Shown here one piece after another: positions 30,350 to 38,360 of a stretch of 64,000 nt of DNA. The stretch comes from an uncultured virus (IMG/VR IMGVR_UViG_3300032053_018320) (Duplodnaviria > Heunggongvirae > Uroviricota > Caudoviricetes). The position numbers were made by a program, and so were the translations under genes. Where the stretch lies: the IMG/VR virus record IMGVR_UViG_3300032053_018320. The stretch is one strand, 5' to 3'. The notes beneath the pieces were generated by a model that saw only the letters and a list, made by a program, of their open reading frames with translations, had not been told where the DNA came from and did not search any database. How positions within the stretch are numbered: the first letter of the stretch is position 1; each line of letters starts with the position of its first letter.

Positions 30350-31159
30350 TCATCCAGATTCTAAATCATCTGAACATAACGTTACTGGTCGCCATTCAAC
30401 GTCGGCCGAACACGGAAACGCTGAATATAATAAATTGAGCGTTTCGATAAATCCCTTGGCATCATAAAACGAGATCAATCGATTACCAAAGTCTGTCGTG
30501 ATGCTGGCACCAGCCAACCGTCGCAAAATGCCTTTTTTGATATCATCGACGAATGATTCGAGTTGTTTCTTGGCTGACGCTTCGCTGTATAACACATTTC
30601 GTGATGATATCGTTAATTTCACGGAAAAACTACTATTTCTGAATATATGATCCATTTCGATCAACATCGGCATCAACCCATCAACACAACCAAGGATGAA
30701 AAGCGGTTCCTTTTCACCACAAAGATACTTTTGCGGTGTTTTAACCGTCGCAAATCGTCCAGTCGACGAGATGACGAACTCCACATCATTCACTATCGCT
30801 GTCGATGGCACATCAAGGTTGACATTGAATATTCGTTCGATTGGACGACCATATTCCTTCACGACTGCTTTTCTCGTGACATTCTGTTCTTGTTTAACGT
30901 CAGCATCTCGTTGAATTATCAAGGTTTTATCGTCGACAGTCATACCAATGAGGTCATCTATTAGTTTGATCTGAGTTTGTAACGATTTGATGATTGGTGA
31001 TGACTTTGGTAACGGCGGATTCATCTGTATCGTCAATTCATCGATAGCGCTTTTAACCACGCTTCTTGTATCACTATACGTTCGAACTACCTTATCAATG
31101 ACTGGTTCCATTCGTTCAACATGGATGCTGGTTGACGGCACAGTTTTTAAATTTGTCAT
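30350..31159 (-). CDS. Hypothetical protein
   Basis: 269-aa ORF. Confidence 0.7.
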   Translation of the reverse strand: MTNLKTVPSTSIHVERMEPVIDKVVRTYSDTRSVVKSAIDELTIQMNPPLPKSSPIIKSLQTQIKLIDDLIGMTVDDKTLIIQRDADVKQEQNVTRKAVVKEYGRPIERIFNVNLDVPSTAIVNDVEFVISSTGRFATVKTPQKYLCGEKEPLFILGCVDGLMPMLIEMDHIFRNSSFSVKLTISSRNVLYSEASAKKQLESFVDDIKKGILRRLAGASITTDFGNRLISFYDAKGFIETLNLLYSAFPCSADVEWRPVTLCSDDLESG

Positions 31160-31177
31160 ATATCAAAAAACCACGTT

Positions 31178-31495
31178 TTAATGCTGTAATTTATTGGTAT
31201 GTTTCTTGAGAATCTCGATCATTTTTTGTCTATTGCTTGGCGACAGTTTCTTGAACGAAAATGATATTGTCATATCTAATGTAGCTGAGTTTTTCGTCCA
31301 ACTTGATTCCATATCATCGAGTTCAAATATACTACGCATTTTTAAGAAGATATCGTATAACGCGTTTTGAACGAGAAATAGACCGCCAATATCTTTGAGT
31401 TCGTTTATCAAGTTCAATATTTCATCGTCTTGTTCGCATTCGTTCGACATAAGTATCAAACAGACATCGTCGTGACTGAATAAAAAGGTATTCAT
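31178..31495 (-). CDS. Hypothetical protein
   Basis: 105-aa ORF. Confidence 0.55.
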   Translation of the reverse strand: MNTFLFSHDDVCLILMSNECEQDDEILNLINELKDIGGLFLVQNALYDIFLKMRSIFELDDMESSWTKNSATLDMTISFSFKKLSPSNRQKMIEILKKHTNKLQH

Positions 31496-31512
31496 GAAAA
31501 AAAGATGTTGTA

Positions 31513-32871
31513 TTAATAGGCATCGGGTAACCGTTCACCCGATGGTCCAGTTTGCACGATGTCTTGATTACCAACAATTTCTCGACTGACACCAATTATA
31601 TCGACGACGTGATATCGATCTTCCAATTCATCCAGTTTCTCACGAAGGACATAGATGCCCTTGCGAATCATTTCTCGATGAGCCTGTCCAGCAGCATCGG
31701 TCTGGGTTCCAAGCATCTCGACAACAACTTCGATGATATACCCGGATTGAAGCAAGGTATCCATGACTTCCGTGAATGTTTGAGCGTCTGATTTACTGGC
31801 GCTCTGGATGTCATATTTCGTCAGTTTCAATTCCGTCATATCTTGACACTGCTTGATGACATAATCGAGCACGCGCTTCGTGGTCAATTCCGAGTTTCGC
31901 CATTCGATACGATTCTCGAAGATGAATCGATACTTGGAGATGATGGCACGAATTAACGAATATGCCTTTTCAACATACTCCTGTTCAACGATGATCTCTG
32001 GAGCGGCTCGTATTGTTGCTGGAGTCATATCCGATATTTTCAATACATCAGCAACTTTTATGATGTAATTGCTCAATTTATTATAAAGGGCTGCTAATGT
32101 TGGTGAAACATTTGCACTTTCGAGTTGTTGAATGAGTGTATTGAGATGATCAACATTATCGATTCGTAATGAAATCGACTCTTCATTGAGATAGAGTTCC
32201 GATAGAAAATGCTTGATACTCGTTTCTAAGGCATCGATTCTACCATTGTGGGTCGATTGACTAGGATAATACAAGGGCTTATAGGGCTTTCGATCACGAT
32301 CATCGGGAAAAACCATCAAGAACCGAGGTAAAAACCCAGACATAACGAAATCATTTCTCGCATATGTATCGAACCGATCATCGGTCGTTGCAAGAAACAT
32401 CGAAAAATACGGATTATCAACGATGATATCACCTTCACCGACCGTGTTTCTGGTATATGTATCATATTCTTCCCATAATTTACAAGCCACATCCATGAAA
32501 TTTGACATATACGAATTTTTACGAGACATTTTTGCCAATTCACTGCCGAATTCATCCTTCACATAAATTGCATGGGGTTTATCCTTCAGCGATTTGATCA
32601 ATGATTCCGGCGTTACTTCAAACGGTAACTCTGGAATATCCACTGCTCGTAAAATATTCATCATTCGCTTGATCGATGTCGATTTTCTCATTCGTGATGT
32701 TGGAGCGATGAAGAACACGAAAAAGTTGTGTTTTATCTCGACATTGAGCGGATTCTTGAAATTATTACCCATGCAACTGCCGATCATGAAGATTGCCTCC
32801 AATTTCGCAAACAGATCGGGTGCATCCGTGAAGTATGAATGATACTCAATAAAATCTTCAATTAAACCCAT
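31513..32871 (-). CDS. DUF3987/YfjI-like ATPase (putative replicative helicase-related) with C-terminal wHTH
   Basis: APTSRMRKSTS Walker A variant, EVTPESL, VKDEFG Walker B, GFLPRFL; GGTGA SD. Confidence 0.75.
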   Translation of the reverse strand: MGLIEDFIEYHSYFTDAPDLFAKLEAIFMIGSCMGNNFKNPLNVEIKHNFFVFFIAPTSRMRKSTSIKRMMNILRAVDIPELPFEVTPESLIKSLKDKPHAIYVKDEFGSELAKMSRKNSYMSNFMDVACKLWEEYDTYTRNTVGEGDIIVDNPYFSMFLATTDDRFDTYARNDFVMSGFLPRFLMVFPDDRDRKPYKPLYYPSQSTHNGRIDALETSIKHFLSELYLNEESISLRIDNVDHLNTLIQQLESANVSPTLAALYNKLSNYIIKVADVLKISDMTPATIRAAPEIIVEQEYVEKAYSLIRAIISKYRFIFENRIEWRNSELTTKRVLDYVIKQCQDMTELKLTKYDIQSASKSDAQTFTEVMDTLLQSGYIIEVVVEMLGTQTDAAGQAHREMIRKGIYVLREKLDELEDRYHVVDIIGVSREIVGNQDIVQTGPSGERLPDAY

Positions 32872-32970
32872 TAAATCACCGACAAGCCTTGATACTTGAA
32901 TTGATGGTTACTGGAATTGAATAATGGAATGGACGGTATTAAAGGATTTCGTGTTCGTTCAGTAACAACG

Positions 32971-33396
32971 TTACACTCCGTGAACCTTGATGCTTTTCAC
33001 CCTGTTACCATACCATTCATTGTCTTTACGAACGAATGTTGCATTGACAGTTACTGTATACCCTTTGAACTTGACCAAATTCAGCACAGGAATTGACATC
33101 CATACCTTGGTCTGCTTGTTAAATATCTTGACGATGCTATTTTTAGCGCCGTCGATACCCAATGCTGAGACAGGCACATAAATTTTAACACGACCAACAG
33201 CAGATGACCGAACGATCACGTGATAGTAATCGATTCGCATCTGACTATTCTTGATTTCAAAGACTTGCGGCTGGGTTACATCGACGATTGGACCATTAAC
33301 TTCAACGATGTTCATGATTGGATGAAAGGATCGTGACGATTTAATGCTTTCGTGCCTTGTTACTGTTAGGCAAATTATCGAATTCAAACTAGTCAT
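32971..33396 (-). CDS. Hypothetical beta-rich protein (possibly OB-like)
   Basis: Likely start MNIVEV; alternating beta patterns. Confidence 0.55.
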   Translation of the reverse strand: MTSLNSIICLTVTRHESIKSSRSFHPIMNIVEVNGPIVDVTQPQVFEIKNSQMRIDYYHVIVRSSAVGRVKIYVPVSALGIDGAKNSIVKIFNKQTKVWMSIPVLNLVKFKGYTVTVNATFVRKDNEWYGNRVKSIKVHGV

Positions 33397-33535
33397 TCAA
33401 CTTTTTATTCGACGATCATCTTCGTTATTATGTTCTTTTAACGTAGTTAAAAAACGTAGTGTAAAGGCGTAATACTTAGTCACCGTTTCACCCTATCACT
33501 CAACTCCGCTGTATATCGATGGGGCGTTGTTTGCT

Positions 33536-33879
33536 AACGAAAGCCACTTATTTTAAATTAGTTGTATCCTTCGTCAGCAATCGGCTTTCGTTGACAGTCG
33601 ATCCAAGCGAGCATATATGCTCATTAACTGTTAATATGTTGCCTATGTTTTGTCAATTAGTCCGGGAAAAACTGGTCGAATATGCTAACTGCCGTTGAAA
33701 AATGATGAAGGCCCATCGACGGCAAAAGAGGCGAAAATCGGAGGCATTTGAAAAGAAAAGAGTTGAAGTTTTTGGTTATCGGTGTTGGTGAACGAACGTC
33801 TGCGGAAGCCGTCGATGGGCAACACCCATCCGCCATCTGTCCGTTCAAGATGGATGTCCGCATCACGGGATTTAAATCC
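33536..33879. other. Palindrome/inverted-repeat-rich non-coding region (candidate ncRNA or origin)
   Basis: IRs 33536-45/33583-92 and 33711-23/33808-20; palindromes 33609-22, 33623-35 and 33868-79. Confidence 0.55.
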
Positions 33880-33934
33880 ATCGATCAACAGTCAGTTTGA
33901 TGGAATCGTGTTAATGTTGAACGATTTGAATATT

Positions 33935-34285
33935 TTATCCATTTTTACTTTTATTTTCAAGCACAATATATATTATTATAAACACCGCGCCAACTGTAGT
34001 TAGTGCTGGAGCAACATAAAAGAAGAATATCAATGTCAACATTCCTTGATTACCAGTCGTTGCTACGCCTGCAGCAATAACTGCATAAATATATGTTGAT
34101 GCCAAAATGATGCCGACTATCAATATCCACGTATATTTATCGGTTCGCTTGCACGATTTTCCTTGTTTCGTTACATTACGGCAGGCAGGTGACATATCAT
34201 TCAACATCCATAGATTGTTTCCATTCTCGCAACAACTTAACTGCTGATACGAGCGTTGCTTTATCACAATTGAGAACATCGACAT
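33935..34285 (-). CDS. Small 2-TM membrane protein
   Basis: Likely start MSPACR; two hydrophobic helices. Confidence 0.6.
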   Translation of the reverse strand: MSMFSIVIKQRSYQQLSCCENGNNLWMLNDMSPACRNVTKQGKSCKRTDKYTWILIVGIILASTYIYAVIAAGVATTGNQGMLTLIFFFYVAPALTTVGAVFIIIYIVLENKSKNG

Positions 34286-34463
34286 TTAGTTCATTTCGTA
34301 AAATATCTGCTACTCGTATACTTTCTTCGTTGACGGATATCGTTTCACCGATGAAGATCATCATCCGTTCGATGGTATTAACAACGAAAGTGACATCACT
34401 CGAAAATGTTTCGGCGACATCATCCGTTGCCGACTTATACAAGATTCCACTCCTGTCGATCAC
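34197..34463 (-). CDS. Hypothetical protein
   Basis: 88-aa ORF in operon. Confidence 0.55.
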   Translation of the reverse strand: MIDRSGILYKSATDDVAETFSSDVTFVVNTIERMMIFIGETISVNEESIRVADILRNELNVDVLNCDKATLVSAVKLLREWKQSMDVE

Positions 34464-34470
34464 GATAGTT

Positions 34471-34698
34471 TCAACTCTTGGACAGACTGGCTTCGATCAT
34501 CGCTGAGACCAAGGGAAAAATGGTCTCGAAGCGAGATTGTGTCTGTTCAGCATAAGTCACGGCGATACTACGAGACAAATTGACTTTGCTATTCTTCGGA
34601 TTGATGCCTTGTCGTTTTAACGATGCCATTTCTTTTGTAACGAGTTTCTTGAGCATCGCTGCGTTTTTATCCAGTTCATCCATCGTCATGATATTCAC
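34471..34698 (-). CDS. Hypothetical protein
   Basis: 75-aa ORF in operon. Confidence 0.6.
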   Translation of the reverse strand: MNIMTMDELDKNAAMLKKLVTKEMASLKRQGINPKNSKVNLSRSIAVTYAEQTQSRFETIFPLVSAMIEASLSKS

Positions 34699-35166
34699 TC
34701 AATATTTGATATTCTCATGAACGTCGAATGGTATCTTTTTTCCATCGATCGTGATATGAAACTGACCATTGAGTATAAACGTTTTTTTAACGTTAGTTTC
34801 TGTCGATCTCAAGACTTGTTGCATTCGTTCAATCACGATTGCTGATGATATATCTTCAACGGAATAAAAGACGCCACCAGAATTGTAAATGAATTCTATT
34901 TTATACGTTTCGTCAGTAACGATCAGTTTGATCGTGAAATAGCTGTTTGGGTATTTTTCTGTTGTTTTTTCGATGATGTCGTGGATTTCGCTTGGAGTCA
35001 CGGCAAAAGTTGCTGTATATCTACCATTACCGTCTGGATCGATGGGTCGAGCATCTTCTACATCGTATGGCACCCGTCGAAACGAAGCATCGACAGCGTT
35101 CCAAAAATCATCTGCTTTTTTCTCTAACCCAACAGGACAGACATCTTCTTCGCTCATGATGATCAC
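34699..35166 (-). CDS. Hypothetical protein, paralogue of 35173..35628
   Basis: Shared EDA/SxP..D.NG, YKIEFI, FYS.E and IT.DGKK motifs. Confidence 0.8.
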   Translation of the reverse strand: MIIMSEEDVCPVGLEKKADDFWNAVDASFRRVPYDVEDARPIDPDGNGRYTATFAVTPSEIHDIIEKTTEKYPNSYFTIKLIVTDETYKIEFIYNSGGVFYSVEDISSAIVIERMQQVLRSTETNVKKTFILNGQFHITIDGKKIPFDVHENIKY

Positions 35167-35172
35167 GCATAT

Positions 35173-35628
35173 TTATTTTTCAATTTTTAAGTCGATGTCA
35201 AACGTTTTCTTTTTACCATCGAGCGTTATCGAATATTCGCCCTTTAGCAAAAGCGTTTCTTGATAATCGATATTATTTGATCCCAAGACTTGATCGACTT
35301 TCTTGAGCACGACATCTGGTGATTGACTCTCGATGGAGTAAAAGATGGAGTCATTACCATCGATGAATTCGATCTTATACGATAAATCGCTAACGATCAT
35401 CGTTATCCTAAAATCGCTATCGATTGCTTCACCCTCGCCTTTCATCAAATCGTCAAGATCACCTGGTGCAAGACTAAAGTATGCCCTAAACATTCCATTG
35501 TTATCTTCACTAACTGGCTGAGAATCTTCAATGGCAAATTCTGCATTATCGATGATCGTTCCTTCTAGTTCTTCATAGAAGTCATTTGCTTTATCTTCAA
35601 CGCTTGTTGAACACGATTCATTTGCCAT
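35173..35628 (-). CDS. Acidic hypothetical protein, paralogue of 34699..35166
   Basis: Aligns full-length with its neighbour. Confidence 0.8.
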   Translation of the reverse strand: MANESCSTSVEDKANDFYEELEGTIIDNAEFAIEDSQPVSEDNNGMFRAYFSLAPGDLDDLMKGEGEAIDSDFRITMIVSDLSYKIEFIDGNDSIFYSIESQSPDVVLKKVDQVLGSNNIDYQETLLLKGEYSITLDGKKKTFDIDLKIEK

Positions 35629-35632
35629 TTTG

Positions 35633-36105
35633 TCTCAATCCTCGTCTTCATCGTTTTTATGTGCTCGGATATAGTGGAGTTCTTCGTCTGAGTCGCCTTC
35701 CTTCTCACACTCATCGTCTTCATCGATCTCTTCTTCATCGTTGTCAGATTCACAACTTTCGCTCACCTGATCGATGAAATCGGAGAGCCACTTCACATCG
35801 AGATTGATATTCTTGATTCGCCATATCGAGAGTTTGCCGACATCCGTATCGTCAATGGGAAATAGTAAGCAGGTGATAGTCGACATAGTTGGGTGATTGA
35901 ATTTCCACACAAATGAAAACTGAAAATCATCTGCTACTATCTTGTCGTTTTTGAGCATCTGGGTTATTCCATCGACCCACCGGTTGAGATCGCCACCACA
36001 GCCAGAGAAGACCATTGCATCGTGTTTTTTACCGAACGCTTCGATGTCGGCAAACGTTTTCTGTTCTATCGTGGGCATAGGTTCTCAATCCTCGTCTTCA
36101 TCGTT
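35633..36105. repeat. 23-bp perfect direct repeat bracketing gene 35635..36078
   Basis: TCTCAATCCTCGTCTTCATCGTT at 35633-35655 and 36083-36105. Confidence 0.85.
35635..36078 (-). CDS. Hypothetical protein with acidic tail
   Basis: GCGGDLNRWVDGI core; D/E-rich tail. Confidence 0.75.
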   Translation of the reverse strand: MPTIEQKTFADIEAFGKKHDAMVFSGCGGDLNRWVDGITQMLKNDKIVADDFQFSFVWKFNHPTMSTITCLLFPIDDTDVGKLSIWRIKNINLDVKWLSDFIDQVSESCESDNDEEEIDEDDECEKEGDSDEELHYIRAHKNDEDED

Positions 36106-36378
36106 GTCTTCTTCAACAGTTTTGCAACCCTCGCTTTCATCCATCTTGTCGATGTCATCGTAGACATCATCGAGGGTTTCTCCACCAAGGAAGCCATAGT
36201 CTTGGGCAGTTACTGCCTTGATATGATCCAAGATATACGCCCGATACGAACGAACATCCAGGTTGGCTTTATCCATTTCATCGAGCAAGTTTTCAAGGTC
36301 GTCTATACCTTCTTTCAATTCATCAACGACTTTATCCAGTCGCTTGATCAAGTGTTGTTTTAATGTTGGCATATTCAT
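36085..36378 (-). CDS. Small helical acidic protein, paralogue of 36375..36722
   Basis: Shared LLDE/DLDK..RS.R.Y.L.H.KA.T..DYGF. Confidence 0.8.
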   Translation of the reverse strand: MNMPTLKQHLIKRLDKVVDELKEGIDDLENLLDEMDKANLDVRSYRAYILDHIKAVTAQDYGFLGGETLDDVYDDIDKMDESEGCKTVEEDNDEDED

Positions 36379-36722
36379 TCATCGTCGTCTTCGTTGTCTT
36401 CATCAGTTTCGCAAGTCTCTTCATCGTCCAGTTCTTTATCGATCGCTTCATATATCTTATCGATAGTTTCATTCTCGATGAATCCATAATCGTCCGATGT
36501 ATATGCTTTCAAATGATTGAGCACGTATACCCTAAATGAACGGGTATCAATGTGCATCTTGTCCAAATCATCGAGCAATTGTTCAAGACTACCAATACCC
36601 GTCTTCAGTGTTTCGATGATATTATCGACCCGTCGAAGCAGTTGTTGTTTTTTACTCATCGTTATAGTCACCATTTCATTCGTCGTTGTTACACGATCCA
36701 TGAGCAGACATATCGTCGTCAT
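36375..36722 (-). CDS. Small helical acidic protein, paralogue of 36085..36378
   Basis: Likely start near MSKKQQ; aligns with its neighbour. Confidence 0.8.
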   Translation of the reverse strand: MTTICLLMDRVTTTNEMVTITMSKKQQLLRRVDNIIETLKTGIGSLEQLLDDLDKMHIDTRSFRVYVLNHLKAYTSDDYGFIENETIDKIYEAIDKELDDEETCETDEDNEDDDE

Positions 36723-36975
36723 ATTCTTGTTGTGCTTGTTTCATCAAATCATACTCAAGTTCAGCGAGAACTGTGAACCGCAGATATATTTTGTTGAGTA
36801 TCTGCTTGAATCCATGATCGAGTTCGTTGGACATTTCGTTACCAGTATAATCAACAGTTATAGTAACGGTGTCAATTATCTCTGGTATCTTCGTGCTTGA
36901 ATGTCCGCGTTCCACGATGACATATGAAAAAGTTTGTTGCATATATATCGAACATCTAATTGGGTAATAGATCAT
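36676..36975 (-). CDS. Hypothetical protein
   Basis: Likely start MQQTFS downstream of the TATA box at about 36976-36990. Confidence 0.5.
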   Translation of the reverse strand: MIYYPIRCSIYMQQTFSYVIVERGHSSTKIPEIIDTVTITVDYTGNEMSNELDHGFKQILNKIYLRFTVLAELEYDLMKQAQQEYDDDMSAHGSCNNDE

Positions 36976-37060
36976 TTAAAGATTTTTATCGTTGAAAATA
37001 CTGGTTCATTAGGCAAACTCACCCAAAAACTTTAAAAGGAGATGGTGATAATAAAGATGT

Positions 37061-37196
37061 ATATCAACAGCCAAAAACTCGATTCGCAAGATCGAGTTTC
37101 GGCGGTGACAGTGATGAAAGGAGTAATCAACGGACTCCAGATTTCAATCATCGAAGATTGATCTCTTACTCCTTTCACCCTTTATTTAAACCTTTT
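37061..37196 (+). ncRNA. Putative structured small RNA, copy 1
   Basis: TATA starts 30 nt upstream; stems 37075-83/37091-99 and 37115-26/37166-77; architecture shared with copy 2. Confidence 0.6.
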
Positions 37197-37286
37197 GGAC
37201 GATACGTTACAGCAGATAGTTTCGTTGAATGCGTGATTGCTAAATGCTATAGTTTCAAGAAAGTAGGTTGTTAAATTGGTAACTTT

Positions 37287-37814
37287 TTAGAAAGCGCAGT
37301 CGGAATGATCTTCTTTCGTCAGCATCGAACCATCCAACTCACCATAGCCCCATTTATTGATGGTGACATAGGCGGGTTTTCCGACCATCGTGGTTCGTTG
37401 AAATTCAAGGATCGTGTCACGAGCCTTCTCTGGCGGTTGTAAGTCATTGATGTCCTGGACTTCCGGACGTATCATGGATGGATACTGCGGATATTGTGAA
37501 TGTGGGTAGAAATTGACACATCTATCGTCAATATGAACGATGGTCGTCATCACGGCGACATTACACGCAATACACGCCAAGGATCGATGTCGACCTTCGT
37601 GACCAGTAACAACACCTTTCATATCGATCCACAACGATGGTATTGTTATCGGACGATCATTCTTGATCGCGGTGATGAGTGCATCGATCGTGCTTTTTGT
37701 CGGATCACGGAGATCAGTGGCAACACGAAGAAAGTCATACGGATCGACTAAACAGAGGATATCTTTATACCATCGACCAGAATATAATCCACTAAGATTC
37801 GGTATCATCTGCAA
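37287..37814 (-). CDS. ParB/Sulfiredoxin-like N-terminal domain protein
   Basis: L..AI...PI..P.L....VTGHEGRHR resembles the ParB/Srx GxxR motif; three GGTGA motifs upstream. Confidence 0.65.
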   Translation of the reverse strand: MQMIPNLSGLYSGRWYKDILCLVDPYDFLRVATDLRDPTKSTIDALITAIKNDRPITIPSLWIDMKGVVTGHEGRHRSLACIACNVAVMTTIVHIDDRCVNFYPHSQYPQYPSMIRPEVQDINDLQPPEKARDTILEFQRTTMVGKPAYVTINKWGYGELDGSMLTKEDHSDCAF

Positions 37815-37892
37815 GAAAATTCACCATTCTCACCAATTTCACCGGTTAAAATGAGCGAAACCCTTAAGAATGAAAGGAAAGTAATAGAATAC

Positions 37893-38027
37893 ATATCAAC
37901 AGTCTTGATAATCGGTCACAACACCGAAGATCAAGGCAGTGACAGTCGGAAAGAGAAGAGCACCGGCTTCGGGAATTGATAAGCAACTTATTGATTCCTT
38001 CTTCTCTTACTGCTTATTTAAACATTT
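37893..38027 (+). ncRNA. Putative structured small RNA, copy 2
   Basis: Same anchors (ATATCAACAG, GTGACAGT, TTATTTAAAC) and same end-to-end spacing; different but still pairing stems with G-U on the + strand. Confidence 0.6.
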
Positions 38028-38102
38028 CCATGACACATTACGCGAGTCTTGTTTAGCAAGTGCTGATCGAATCTCATTGAAAAGAAAAAAGTAGGTGGTA
38101 AA

Positions 38103-38360
38103 TTAAACGTCACATTCGCTCTTTCGTTGACTAATGGCTGTCAACAACGATTGTAAAGCGCACGTTGAAAGAATATCATAATCGAAGTTGTATCCACGAA
38201 TCATTTTCAACGAAAAATGAATATCGTTTTCTATTATTACTTCAGCACTACTTGCAGCGTCAAAACCAAATTGACTATCGATCTGATTTATAGTAAACTT
38301 GTGACCAAGTTTATCCATCAGTTTTCCGATGATTTCCGTTCGTTCGTAACTACTATTCAT
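38103..38360 (-). CDS. Hypothetical protein
   Basis: ATGA overlap with the ligase stop. Confidence 0.6.
   Translation of the reverse strand: MNSSYERTEIIGKLMDKLGHKFTINQIDSQFGFDAASSAEVIIENDIHFSLKMIRGYNFDYDILSTCALQSLLTAISQRKSECDV

Noticed and set aside
30350..31159. LAGLIDADG endonuclease (FILGCVDG)
   Set aside because: Motif incomplete and no second supporting helix or intron context
33657..34003. Short ORFs in the palindromic region
   Set aside because: Three mutually overlapping frames with atypical composition; better explained as non-coding
37061..38027. C/D box, H/ACA, hammerhead, 5S rRNA, tRNA or CRISPR identity for the twin elements
   Set aside because: GTGATGA only in copy 1; terminal ACA only in copy 2; no CUGANGA core; ends do not pair as in 5S or tRNA; no repeat-spacer periodicity
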